Source: an uncultured Planctomycetia bacterium | GTDB lineage: Bacteria; Omnitrophota; Gorgyraeia; JABMRG01 | Length of the DNA stretch: 64,000 nucleotides | Reading direction: 5' to 3' | Assembly (NCBI GenBank): GCA_964634945.1 | Contig: CAZWMG010000001.1 | Coordinates: 116,825 to 180,824 of the forward strand | Shown here: in pieces, positions 39,335 through 50,968 of the stretch | Position numbering within the stretch: the stretch's first letter is position 1 | Layout of the letters: each line of letters starts with the position of its first letter | The notes under the pieces: model-generated | Databases searched by the model: none | The model's input: only the letters and a program-made list of their open reading frames with translations | What the model was told of the DNA's origin: nothing | Made by a program: the position numbers and the translations under genes

Positions 39335-39823
39335 CTATTGTAATATGCCTAATATGCGGGCAAGAAAGAATATGGCTAAAGCAAACACAATTATAATAAC
39401 AAAATAGGCCGCGAACCTGCCTTTCGAGGCAGGGCCTTCTTTCATGGCTGTGGGTCCATGTTGCAGATCAGAATCATTTTGCGCTTCAAGATGCCCAAGG
39501 AGCCTGTTAAGAGATATGTATGTCTGATGCCAATCATTATTTATCTTTCGCAGGGCCTCTTCTGAAAGCATAGCTATAGATTTTAGTGATATGATCTTAT
39601 TAATTATATCAAATGCGCGATCTACTGTTGTCCTTTCAACAGGTAAAGAATCTACCAGTATCTGAAGTTTTCGGGCAACAATAGACTTTGTATCTAAAAA
39701 AAGGTCTTCCTCTGCTTCAGTAATAGAGGTTTTCTTCATCGCATCCTTACATATATGGTCAAACTTTTTCCAGAGCTCTAAAAAATCTTTTGTCTTTGCG
39801 ATAGATTCTTTTCTATTCTCCAC
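39335..39823 (-). CDS. hypothetical tail-anchored membrane protein
   Basis: Soluble helical N-terminal domain and a single C-terminal TM (AAYFVIIIVFALAIFFLARILGIL). Confidence 0.3.
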   Translation of the reverse strand: MENRKESIAKTKDFLELWKKFDHICKDAMKKTSITEAEEDLFLDTKSIVARKLQILVDSLPVERTTVDRAFDIINKIISLKSIAMLSEEALRKINNDWHQTYISLNRLLGHLEAQNDSDLQHGPTAMKEGPASKGRFAAYFVIIIVFALAIFFLARILGILQ

Positions 39824-39955
39824 GCTTTTTTCCTCGCATATTATACATAGTAATATTATTATTACTACGTGAAAGTAAAATACGTTCTCTGCGGTATTTT
39901 TTACATAACTTGTTTTTATACTTTAACATATAAGAATTTTCATGTCAATATATAT

Positions 39956-42900
39956 CTATACCGTAACGCTTACTACCCCTTCACCGATAAGGGTTTCTAT
40001 CTCCGATATTAACTCGTCTGTCGGGACTACGGAGAGCCTTTTTCCGGCTGCCATCTGTACTTTCTTTTTTTCGGGGGTCATAAAATTAATATATACGGGC
40101 GTGCTACCCTTATGCTTCATAAGTATCTCGCTCAACTTTGCCAGTATATCCTTCTCTAGGCCCGTTGTAATGAGCTCTACGGAAAGCGCTTGTGTGTATT
40201 TGTTACGCGCGTCTTCAAGAGGCAGGATCTCTTCGGCGATTATCTTTGGGGTATCTTCGCGAAGATTTACCCTGCCCTTAACGAAGACCATGGCATCTTC
40301 GGCTATATTTTTCTCAGCGGTCTTAAAGCTTCTTGGAAAAACTAGCACATCGATAGTGCCCTTTAAGTCCTCTAATCTTAAAATAGCCATCTTCTCACCT
40401 GTCTTTTTTGTAAATGTATATCTCGCCTTTGTAATAATACCGCCCATTGAAACCTCGTTTCCATCATGAACCTGATTTAGTGTCTTTGTTGTAGATGTCG
40501 TATAAAGTTTTAGTGATTTCTCATATCTAGCAAGTGGGTGAGATGATATATAAAAACCTAGGAGCTCTTTCTCAAATGCCAAAAGTTGCGGCTCAGGCCA
40601 CTCTTTTATATCAGGAACTTTCTGAAAATGCGACTTAAACTTATTGTCCGCTTTAAAATCATCAAATAGGGAATATTGGCCGCTTAATCTGTCCTTCTGC
40701 AAAACACTTGCTACGTCCAAGGCATGATCCAACATGGTCATCATCTGTGAGCGCCTGAGCTTGAAGCTATCCATAGCGCCGCATTTTATAAGACTCTCTA
40801 CTACCTTTCTATTGACTAACCTTAAGTCAACATGTTCTGTAAAATCATAAATGCTGTTAAAATTGCCATGTTCTTTTCTCGCCATAACAATGGAATCGAT
40901 AGCTCCAGCGCCTATATTTTTTACCGCTGCCAAGCCAAAACGGATAGAGTTTTTAACTACTGTAAAATTAGCGAAACTTTCATTAGTATCCGGCGGCAAG
41001 ATATCTATGCCCATGCGGCGGCTCTCTTCTATATATTGGGCGACCTTGTCTGTATTGTCGCGCTCACTGGTAAGAAGCGCTGCCATAAATTCGACGGGAA
41101 AGTGCGCCTTAAGATATGCCGTACGGAAAGATATGAGCGCGTATGCCGCTGAATGGCTTTTGTTAAAACCATAATTTGAAAAGTATTCAATGAGGCTAAA
41201 CACCTTATCTGATACGCTTCTATCTATATCGTTCTTTTGACATCCTTCGACAAAGTGCTGGCGTTGTTGCTGAATTACCTCCGGATTCTTTTTGCTTATC
41301 GCGCGCCGTAAGAGATCCGCTTGGCTCAATGTAAAACCAGCCAGTGTGTTGACTATCTGCATTACCTGCTCCTGGTACAATATAATGCCATGAGTATCTT
41401 TAAGTATAGCCTCAAGTAGCGGGTGGTCGTATTTTACTCTCATGCGGCCATGCTTTCTGCTTATGAAGTCATCCACCATGCCACTTCCGATAGGGCCCGG
41501 TCTATATAGGGCAAGCAACGCTATTAAGTCCTCAAAGGCAGTGGGCTTTAACTTCCGCAAAAGGTCTCTCATGCCATGGCTTTCTACCTGGAAGACGCCT
41601 AATGACTCCGCTTTCTGAAGTAACTCATAAGTCTTCTTATCATCTAAAGGCAGAGATCCTATATCGATCTCTTTGGCTTGTGTGCGCTTTATTATCTTGA
41701 CTGCCTCATCGATAACTGTAAGGGTCTTTAGGCCTAAAAAATCCATCTTTAAAAGGCCTATCTTCTCCAGAGAAGACATGGGGTATCCGGTAGAAATCTG
41801 GTTATCACTTGATTTAAATAATGGGATATAATTTGAAAGGCCTTTTTCGCTTATAACAACACCTGCGGCATGGGTTGAAGCATGTCGTGTTACACCCTCT
41901 AAGACCGCGGCTGTATCCATAAGCTGCGTAACCCGCTTATCATTTTTGTAAAGCTGCATAAGCTCAGGCTCCTGCTCGATAGCCTTTGCGAGTGTTATAT
42001 TAAGATCATTCGGCACAAGCTTAGCTATCTTATCGGCATCCTGATACGGAAAGCCCATAACCCTGGCAACATCCCTTATAACGCCTTTGGCCAACATAGT
42101 GCCAAATGTTATGATCTGCGCGACATTTTCAATACCATATTTTTGCCTTACATAATTAATAACTTCGTCTCTTCTCTCATAACAAAAATCTATGTCAATA
42201 TCAGGCAAGCTTATTCTATCCGGATTTAAGAATCTCTCAAATAGTAGGCCATAGCGCAATGGATCGAGATCCGTTATCCCTAAGCAGTAGCTTATTACAC
42301 TACCAGCGGCAGAACCTCTACCAGGACCAACGGGTATATTATTATCCTTAGCGTATCTTATAAAATCCCACACTATTAGGAAGTAGCTCAAAAAACCGCT
42401 CTCCTGAATTACCTTAAGTTCTTTTTCGATCCTCGATTTTACGGATTCATCGATCTGGGCATACCTACTCTCGGCCCCTTCGTCAATAAGCTCCTTAAAA
42501 AAAACTTCTCGAGTCTTTCCTTTTGGCGGGGTAAAATGCGGCAGATGCGTACTTTTTAAATCAAGCTCTAGATTGCATTTCTCAGCAATAGCTACGGTGT
42601 TCTTAAGAGCCTCGGGAACATCTTTGAATACACTTAACATCTCATCATGGGTCTTAAAATAAAATTCATCAGTCTGCATGCGCATGCGATTGGGGGCATC
42701 GAGAGTTGTCTGTGTCTGAATACAAAGCAGGGCCTCCTGTGCCTTGGCATGGGGTTGCTGAAGATAATGGCAATCATTAGTCGCGACCAAACCGATATCA
42801 AGGTCTTTTCCCATCTTTACAAGAGCGTTGTTTACCTGTTTCTGTTCAGGTATACCATGGTCCATCATCTCAAGATAGAAATTTTTCTTGCCAAATAGCT

Positions 42901-43399
42901 CAGCAAACTCTCCCGCGCTGCGGTAAGCCTGGTCAAGACGATCTGACATTATAAGATGGGCTATCTCGCCTTTTAGACACGCGCTAGAACATATAAGGCC
43001 TTGAGAATGAGCGCTTAGGACCTCTTTATCAATACGCGGCTTGTAATAAAACCCTTCGGTATAACCTATACTTACAAGCTTCATAAGATTATGATAACCC
43101 TGCTGATCCTTTGCTAACAGGATCAGGTGGTATGTTGCCTCCTGAATTCCATGGCTCGATTTGTCAAATCTGCTCTCCGGCGCAATATAGACCTCACAAC
43201 CTATGATAGGTTTTATGCCTATTTTCTTACAGAGCATATAAAATTCTATAGCGCCAAACATATTTCCGTGATCAGTAATCGCAACGGAAGGCATATTATA
43301 TACATGCGCAAGATTAACAAGCTCCGCAAGCAGGCTAGCCCCATCAAGCAGGCTATATTGAGTATGGTTATGAAGGTGTACAAAATTGGAATGTTTCAT
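39956..43399 (-). CDS. dnaE: DNA polymerase III alpha subunit
   Basis: PHP N-terminus FVHLHNHTQYSLLDGA. 1147 aa. Pol III alpha core and OB domain. Confidence 0.9.
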   Translation of the reverse strand: MKHSNFVHLHNHTQYSLLDGASLLAELVNLAHVYNMPSVAITDHGNMFGAIEFYMLCKKIGIKPIIGCEVYIAPESRFDKSSHGIQEATYHLILLAKDQQGYHNLMKLVSIGYTEGFYYKPRIDKEVLSAHSQGLICSSACLKGEIAHLIMSDRLDQAYRSAGEFAELFGKKNFYLEMMDHGIPEQKQVNNALVKMGKDLDIGLVATNDCHYLQQPHAKAQEALLCIQTQTTLDAPNRMRMQTDEFYFKTHDEMLSVFKDVPEALKNTVAIAEKCNLELDLKSTHLPHFTPPKGKTREVFFKELIDEGAESRYAQIDESVKSRIEKELKVIQESGFLSYFLIVWDFIRYAKDNNIPVGPGRGSAAGSVISYCLGITDLDPLRYGLLFERFLNPDRISLPDIDIDFCYERRDEVINYVRQKYGIENVAQIITFGTMLAKGVIRDVARVMGFPYQDADKIAKLVPNDLNITLAKAIEQEPELMQLYKNDKRVTQLMDTAAVLEGVTRHASTHAAGVVISEKGLSNYIPLFKSSDNQISTGYPMSSLEKIGLLKMDFLGLKTLTVIDEAVKIIKRTQAKEIDIGSLPLDDKKTYELLQKAESLGVFQVESHGMRDLLRKLKPTAFEDLIALLALYRPGPIGSGMVDDFISRKHGRMRVKYDHPLLEAILKDTHGIILYQEQVMQIVNTLAGFTLSQADLLRRAISKKNPEVIQQQRQHFVEGCQKNDIDRSVSDKVFSLIEYFSNYGFNKSHSAAYALISFRTAYLKAHFPVEFMAALLTSERDNTDKVAQYIEESRRMGIDILPPDTNESFANFTVVKNSIRFGLAAVKNIGAGAIDSIVMARKEHGNFNSIYDFTEHVDLRLVNRKVVESLIKCGAMDSFKLRRSQMMTMLDHALDVASVLQKDRLSGQYSLFDDFKADNKFKSHFQKVPDIKEWPEPQLLAFEKELLGFYISSHPLARYEKSLKLYTTSTTKTLNQVHDGNEVSMGGIITKARYTFTKKTGEKMAILRLEDLKGTIDVLVFPRSFKTAEKNIAEDAMVFVKGRVNLREDTPKIIAEEILPLEDARNKYTQALSVELITTGLEKDILAKLSEILMKHKGSTPVYINFMTPEKKKVQMAAGKRLSVVPTDELISEIETLIGEGVVSVTV

Positions 43400-43461
43400 A
43401 GGATACTAAATATTATACTAAGGTAGGATTTTTGTCAAGGAAAAGAAACCGCTTAATCTGT

Positions 43462-43809
43462 TTATGCTGAACTATCTATTGCTTTCTGCATACCGGCAAT
43501 CGTATGAAGCTTGAGCGTCACTTTGGCAGGGGGCTCTAGCTGGATACTGAACCTCTGGTAATCAATTAGATTAAAATCAGTAATTATCTCATTATTTAAG
43601 GGCCACAAGGTCTCCGGCCCAGAAAAACCTGATAGGATTAAGCCCTGTTGCGCGTTTGAGATACCTAAAAAAGATACGAATATTAGGATCAGTAATGATA
43701 AAATCTTTACCCAGCGCATGATATTCCTTTCCAATAACAGCCTACTACTACAAAACTGGGTTGTCAATAAAAAATAATGGGCGGGCCTATTTTTATTAGG
43801 CGCGCTCAT
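43462..43809 (-). CDS. small secreted hypothetical protein
   Basis: Signal-like LSLLILIFVSFLGISNAQQ. Confidence 0.3.
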   Translation of the reverse strand: MSAPNKNRPAHYFLLTTQFCSSRLLLERNIMRWVKILSLLILIFVSFLGISNAQQGLILSGFSGPETLWPLNNEIITDFNLIDYQRFSIQLEPPAKVTLKLHTIAGMQKAIDSSA

Positions 43810-43839
43810 TCATACATATCAATATAAACTATACTACGC

Positions 43840-45000
43840 TTATTTTCCCATGCCTATACCTTGGGCCTGTTGAAATACCTTGCCTTCAGTCTGTATAGAT
43901 GGCGCGATAATAATCTCTACCAGATTCATCTCTTTTATATCCTTTGCTCCAAGACTGCCCATAGATGTTGTTAAGGCGCCCATGAGATTCTGTGAACCAT
44001 CATCCAGTTTCGCCGGGCCATAGAGAATCTCTTTAAGTGTACCTGTTGTTCCTACATGTATCCTGGTCCCGCGCGGAAGATTCGCGTGTGGTGTCGCCAT
44101 GCCCCAATGATAGCCTCTGCCCGGGGCCTCTTTCGCGCGCGCGAAGGCGGAACCTACCATTACAGCGTCCGCTCCTGACGCGAATGCCTTGCATATCTCG
44201 CCACCACGCGACATTCCACCATCTGTTACAATAGATACATAGCGTCCCTTCCTCTTAAAATAAAAATCTCTCGCCGCGGCACAATCCGCTGTTGCTGTCA
44301 CCTGCGGAACGCCTATGCCAAGAACGCCTCGCGTTGTGCAAGCGGCACCGGGGCCTATGCCTACTAATAGGCCTTCTATACCTGTGTCCATTAACTCAAG
44401 GGCGGTCTTGTAACTGCACGTGTTACCTACCATTACAGGTATACGCATCTTCTTGCAAAACTTTTTAAAATCAAGCACTTTATACTCTTTTGTCATGTGC
44501 TTAACAGTAGTAACCGTAGACTGAACAATAAAGATATCCGCTCCGGCCTTTTGCGCGATCTCACCGAAGCGTGTAGCCCTTTGCGGTATAGCACTTACAA
44601 CAGCGGGCACGTTTGCTTTCTTTATCTCTTTTATTCTTTTCTCGATAAGCTCTTCTTTTATCGGTGTTGTATATAAAGATTGTACAAGTTCTGTAGCCTT
44701 CTGGGGTGTTGCCTTGGCTATCTTATCAAGAACCTGATTAGGATTAGCGTATCTAGTCTGCACGCCCTCTAAATTTAATACCGCAAATCCACCGAGTTTA
44801 CCAAATTCTATAGCAAACTTCACATCAACTACGCCATCCATGGCCGCGGCTATTATCGGTACCTTGAATTTAATATTTCCTAACTGCCAGGTCGTATCAA
44901 CCTCATTAGGATTTACAGTAACATCGCCAGGTACAAGCGCTATCTCATCAAACCCATAACATCGCCTTGCTTTTCTATCTTTTCCAATCCACTCGCCCAT
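43840..45000 (-). CDS. IMP dehydrogenase/GMP reductase family protein lacking the CBS subdomain
   Basis: TIM-barrel IMPDH motifs [20 protein letters not shown] (catalytic Cys loop). 386 aa, too short to carry the Bateman insert. Confidence 0.7.
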   Translation of the reverse strand: MGEWIGKDRKARRCYGFDEIALVPGDVTVNPNEVDTTWQLGNIKFKVPIIAAAMDGVVDVKFAIEFGKLGGFAVLNLEGVQTRYANPNQVLDKIAKATPQKATELVQSLYTTPIKEELIEKRIKEIKKANVPAVVSAIPQRATRFGEIAQKAGADIFIVQSTVTTVKHMTKEYKVLDFKKFCKKMRIPVMVGNTCSYKTALELMDTGIEGLLVGIGPGAACTTRGVLGIGVPQVTATADCAAARDFYFKRKGRYVSIVTDGGMSRGGEICKAFASGADAVMVGSAFARAKEAPGRGYHWGMATPHANLPRGTRIHVGTTGTLKEILYGPAKLDDGSQNLMGALTTSMGSLGAKDIKEMNLVEIIIAPSIQTEGKVFQQAQGIGMGK

Positions 45001-45234
45001 TATTATCTCCTTAATGAATAGGTACAGGTAAAGGTAGAGGCAAAGATTTTAGACTTTCTAAAAATTTTACCTTCACCGATACATTTACCCTTTTTAAATT
45101 GACCTACATTGCACCATATATTAACCAATGAGATGTAAATTGTCAAGACAGTTTTTAACGGCTGGTTTTTCAAAACCTTTTTTCAAGACCGGTTCTCAAG
45201 CACGGGTACTTGTGCTTGAGAACCGGTCTTGAAT

Positions 45235-46644
45235 CTATTTCAGTGCGCCGCCTAAGTAACTATTGAAATCCTTATCTATCCTGTTAATATTCCTGTGATA
45301 GACCTCTTTCAACGCCTCCTGCCAGGCGCTGCCTTCTTCAAGCTCCTTTAATAGTCTCTTTATTTTATATTTTGTATAGCTTTCCATCAGATAGGTAAAG
45401 AATAATCGTGCCTGTATATATGCCGCCCTGCTATCGTCCTGGTTGGTCTTATTATCAAACATAACACTAAGTGCTTCTATTGAAAATTGCCCGTTTCTTT
45501 CAATGTATGCTGACAGGAACTTTATATCCGCGGGACTAATGTTCGGACCCGGTTCATTATATTGCGCAAAACCCTCGTGTAACCAAATAGGGATATTATT
45601 ACCGTAATTAATAAATATAATCGCGTGCGCGTATTCATGAAAAAGAATCCTTCTTAATGTCTCATCCCCTCGAGATATATCCTGGCTTTTAACACGGATC
45701 TTTCCATCGTATAGCCCTTGAGTCCAATGCGGCTGCTCTGTCGCCACTTCAAATTGATCATCAGCATAGACCACAACGGGCACAACCTCATCCAGATACA
45801 GATTAAACTCCCTTCTTAAGCTGGCGCGCGCGTCTTCCAGCATATCTGAGATCAGTGCTACATAATCTGAATCGAGCTCCTTGTCAAAGCGTATCCTAAA
45901 GCGACTCTTTCTTTTTGTTCCAAAGCCGTTCTCTATGCTACTTTCTCTTTTTAGTTTTTCTATACGTTCTTTTAGATTATCATTCTCCGGATCACGCTCT
46001 AGCGCCATGAACCAATATTCCAAGGCATCGTAAAAATTATCCTGATTGTAATAGATATTACCTGTGAAGACATAGGCTGATGGCATCTCGGGAAAAAGCT
46101 CAATAGCGTCTTTTGATAGGCGCAGTGCCTTACGATAATTTTTCTTCTTTTGCAAAGAGTCCGCGCATTGAAGCATCACGTTGTAAAGATTTTTATTTAA
46201 AGGTCTTGAATGAGGCGAATAATCCAAAGCATACTCAAGATTGTCTATAGCGGAATTATATTCATTTGAAGAGGCGTATCGCAATCCATAATTATTGTAA
46301 AATGTGGCAAGCTGCTCTCTAAATATTTCATTTTCAGGATCATATCTTAATGCCTGCTTCTCACTGTGAATAGCATTGGATAATTCATTCTTCAATGAAT
46401 AAGATGCCGCCATATTATGATAAGAGACACTCAGGTTTTTCTTAATAACCATGTTCTCCGGATCGTTCTTATGTGCGGATTCAAAGTAGATTATCGCCTC
46501 CCGGTAATTCTTCTCTCGCATCTTTTCTATGCCTTTTCGGTTAAAATCATCGGCTATAGAAGAAAAAGCAGGTAAAGGCGTAAAAGCGATAACGCTAAGA
46601 ACTAACGTAAAAAGCAAAATGGGGCACAATGCTCTGTGCCCCAT
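45235..46644 (-). CDS. secreted TPR-repeat protein with C-terminal HExxH metallopeptidase-like (peptidase MA-like) domain
   Basis: TPR repeats through the N-terminal half. HEYAHAIIF...LHEGFAQY. Probable true start is ATG at 46644 (signal peptide MGHRALCPILLFTLVLSVIAF). The track starts it at GTG 46683, overlapping the groEL stop. Confidence 0.5.
   Translation of the reverse strand: MGHRALCPILLFTLVLSVIAFTPLPAFSSIADDFNRKGIEKMREKNYREAIIYFESAHKNDPENMVIKKNLSVSYHNMAASYSLKNELSNAIHSEKQALRYDPENEIFREQLATFYNNYGLRYASSNEYNSAIDNLEYALDYSPHSRPLNKNLYNVMLQCADSLQKKKNYRKALRLSKDAIELFPEMPSAYVFTGNIYYNQDNFYDALEYWFMALERDPENDNLKERIEKLKRESSIENGFGTKRKSRFRIRFDKELDSDYVALISDMLEDARASLRREFNLYLDEVVPVVVYADDQFEVATEQPHWTQGLYDGKIRVKSQDISRGDETLRRILFHEYAHAIIFINYGNNIPIWLHEGFAQYNEPGPNISPADIKFLSAYIERNGQFSIEALSVMFDNKTNQDDSRAAYIQARLFFTYLMESYTKYKIKRLLKELEEGSAWQEALKEVYHRNINRIDKDFNSYLGGALK
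46608..46642 (-). terminator. rho-independent terminator after groEL, overlapping the first codons of the downstream TPR gene
   Basis: Hairpin ggggcaca-atgctc-tgtgcccc at 46621-46642. Minus-strand U-tract from plus-strand aaaaagcaaaat at 46608-46620. Confidence 0.5.
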
Positions 46645-46682
46645 TTTGGATGTTCTTTGTTTTTTAAGAACGTAAGATGACA

Positions 46683-48347
<1,665 letters not shown>

Positions 48348-48382
48348 TTATCGCATAAATACGATATGTTAGCATTTCAACC

Positions 48383-48673
48383 TTATTTCTTAAGTACTGC
48401 CAGTATATCCTCTTCCTTAACTATAAGCATATCTTCGCCTTCTACCCTGATTTCAGTCCCGGAATACTTGCCATATAGAACTTTATCGCCAACCTTTACT
48501 TCCATTGCTACTGTCTTGCCATTCTCTACCTTACCTTTGCCAACTGCCACTATCTTGCCTTCCTGTGGCTTTTCTTTTGCGCTGTCCGGTACAATGATGC
48601 CACCCGCTGTCTTCTCTTCAGCTTCTAACGGCTGTAAGAGCACTCTGTCCCCTAATGGTTGTACTTTAGCCAT
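48383..48673 (-). CDS. groS: co-chaperonin GroES
   Basis: 96 aa. [10 protein letters not shown]...IIVPD...GKV mobile-loop and roof motifs. Confidence 0.9.
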   Translation of the reverse strand: MAKVQPLGDRVLLQPLEAEEKTAGGIIVPDSAKEKPQEGKIVAVGKGKVENGKTVAMEVKVGDKVLYGKYSGTEIRVEGEDMLIVKEEDILAVLKK

Positions 48674-48697
48674 GCCTACACCTCCTTATGTATTTTT

Positions 48698-48724
48698 AGG
48701 CTTTTGTTAGCACTCTTATCTAAT
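48698..48724. promoter_or_regulatory. CIRCE operator (HrcA binding site) in the groES leader
   Basis: Perfect consensus TTAGCACTC-N9-GAGTGCTAA. About 25 nt upstream of the groES start codon. Confidence 0.9.
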
Positions 48725-48788
48725 GAGTGCTAATTAGTTTTTGCTATCATTTCCCTTTGAAAAATGGGATTTTGTTTGAAGAAAGTGT

Positions 48789-48816
48789 ATATTACCAGAT
48801 TTTCTGAACTTGTCAA
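48789..48816 (-). promoter_or_regulatory. sigma-70-type promoter for groESL
   Basis: Minus-strand TTGACA (plus coordinates 48811-48816), 16-17 nt spacer, TAATAT (48789-48794). CIRCE lies just downstream in the leader. Confidence 0.5.
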
Positions 48817-48950
48817 GTATTATTTTTGCATAATTTACGCGAAAGGAATGAGAGTAAATTATATGCAAAAATTATATCCTGAGGATGCAAAGCATCCGAA
48901 GGATCTCAAGCTTGCATAATTTACGCGAATGAGATAAGAGAAAATTATAT

Positions 48951-49850
48951 TTATTGGGAAGGGGCCTGTTTTGTTATAACACCTTGGTGGCGTGAAATTG
49001 ACGGCGTAAAACCTGTCACCTTTATAGAGGTAAGTATTCCAAGAGCAATAAATGATATCCAGAAGAGTGAAGATAACAAGTAAAATAACGTGCTTTGTAA
49101 AATAGGCTTTTTGTCTTTCATGCCTTTAAGTGAATTGAATAGGCCTATTAACGCTAGAGCAAAAATAAATAGCATAACAATATTTGAAAGCTTTATTACA
49201 CCGAAAACCGAAAAGCTATCAGCTCTTAAAAATTCATTGAAGAATCGCATAAAAGAGTACAATGCTATCACACAGAAAAAAGTAGCGCCTTTGTACTGCC
49301 TTAACTTCTTGTATTGGATAAACATTGTAATAAAAATAGCAAGCGCGGCGATCGCCGCGTAAACTTGCGTAGGATGTCTGAATCCCGGCCTTGAATAAAC
49401 ATTAACTGCCCATGGCAGATTACATCGAAGCCCGAAACAACACCCATTTAATAGGCATCCGATACGTCCTATTCCACGACTGAGCATGAGAAAAGGCGCT
49501 ATGTAATCCGCGTTCTTTAAAAAAGATGTCATTGTTATAGCTGAAAAGATCCATAGGCTTATGAATCCTAATAATGGTACTCCTAAATACGCCATACCAG
49601 ACCTACTTATAATGGTATCTAGGGGGGCTGTGGGATAGTTTATATAGTTTACCAATACGCCAAATGCCCTTGCTCCAAAAACACCAAATATCGCAAACAA
49701 CGCTCCGACAATAAATAGCTGCAAGCGCGAGAGAGCAAAATCTTTAGGCCTAAAATAGACAGCGCATAATATAGATATTATATAACTAAGATTCAAACAG
49801 AGCGTCCACGCGTGTATATTAGAACTGCCTATAACAATATATGGATACAT
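48951..49850 (-). CDS. lgt: prolipoprotein diacylglyceryl transferase
   Basis: Lgt signature HPTQVYAAI and GRIGCLLNGCCFG. Polytopic membrane protein. Confidence 0.8.
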   Translation of the reverse strand: MYPYIVIGSSNIHAWTLCLNLSYIISILCAVYFRPKDFALSRLQLFIVGALFAIFGVFGARAFGVLVNYINYPTAPLDTIISRSGMAYLGVPLLGFISLWIFSAITMTSFLKNADYIAPFLMLSRGIGRIGCLLNGCCFGLRCNLPWAVNVYSRPGFRHPTQVYAAIAALAIFITMFIQYKKLRQYKGATFFCVIALYSFMRFFNEFLRADSFSVFGVIKLSNIVMLFIFALALIGLFNSLKGMKDKKPILQSTLFYLLSSLFWISFIALGILTSIKVTGFTPSISRHQGVITKQAPSQ

Positions 49851-49855
49851 ATTTC

Positions 49856-50434
49856 CTATTTACCCGCTTCATCAGACAAAGCACGGGCAGATAGAAACTG
49901 CTTTTTTACTCTCACCCGTGTAAAGAAAAATATTACCAGTAAAAGATAAAGTAAAGAGCTTATTCTTACAATTAGAGCTGTCTGATACAACTTCTTATAT
50001 ACTAATGCGGCATACTCTTCTTCTGTAAGATCATTATCCAGCCTCAACTGTTCAGGAATAGCTGTATAGCCGGCCCATATCCTCTCTTGTGAATCAGGTG
50101 CTGTCCTCATATATTCTATAGATTTATTACTTAACGGTATAGAGATTAGAGCCATATAGAGCAATTGTATAACTGTAAGGAGCAAGACCAGTCTTCTTGC
50201 CCAATCTCTTAGCCTGAACATGTTTACCGAACCTATTATAAATGAAATATTGCTAATTATTGAATAGACTATAATAAGAATAAGGGCCGCTCGCGGCAAG
50301 ATCTGAGAAAAACCAGCCTGTATGCTACCTGTTCCTAAAAGCCTAAATATACTTATGATTAGTATGGATAACGCAAAAAATACAACGCCTGCGGACCTTC
50401 CTTTGCGTCTAATCTTTAATTCTTCGTTATTCAT
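49856..50434 (-). CDS. hypothetical 4-TM membrane protein
   Basis: Four hydrophobic helices and no known motifs. 6 nt upstream of lgt. Confidence 0.35.
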   Translation of the reverse strand: MNNEELKIRRKGRSAGVVFFALSILIISIFRLLGTGSIQAGFSQILPRAALILIIVYSIISNISFIIGSVNMFRLRDWARRLVLLLTVIQLLYMALISIPLSNKSIEYMRTAPDSQERIWAGYTAIPEQLRLDNDLTEEEYAALVYKKLYQTALIVRISSLLYLLLVIFFFTRVRVKKQFLSARALSDEAGK

Positions 50435-50558
50435 ATATCCCCCATTTATTGGCGTTTCTATAATAAGTAATTAATTATAAATATACAGTATAATATAGAT
50501 TATATCAAGCGGTATTTCTATTGATATAAGAAAAAATAAGCCGCAGACAAAAGAACAA

Positions 50559-50948
50559 TTAATAGGCCTTATCCGCTATCTTATCGATAAGATCCCTGTC
50601 TCTTTTTTTTATCTTTTCGAACTGCGTTGCTATAAAACATATCTTCGGATAGGAATCTTTTTGTGGTTTCTTATTGCGGATTACCCTGCCGATACATCTT
50701 ATCGTATGCGCGGAAAAAGGAAATATAATTTTAAAATTAACCCGCATACCTGTTGTTAAATCATCATCGTAAGTAAATAACATGCCGCCGGCGCTGAGGT
50801 TACGCACTGTTACTATATCCCACTTACTAAAACATCTCCTGATGAAAACAAAGCTTACAGTCCTAAACCATGACATAAAACTTCTCTCTATCCTCCTATG
50901 TTTTCTCTTCTCCTCCATGACATACCCCCCCTTCGGTTGAATATCCAT
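50559..50948 (-). CDS. PilZ domain c-di-GMP receptor
   Basis: RRIER (RxxxR) and NLSAGG (NxSxxG). 129 aa. Start codon 21 nt downstream of the giant-gene stop. Confidence 0.6.
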   Translation of the reverse strand: MDIQPKGGYVMEEKRKHRRIERSFMSWFRTVSFVFIRRCFSKWDIVTVRNLSAGGMLFTYDDDLTTGMRVNFKIIFPFSAHTIRCIGRVIRNKKPQKDSYPKICFIATQFEKIKKRDRDLIDKIADKAY

Positions 50949-50968
50949 AGCAATACTTCGTCATAGTA

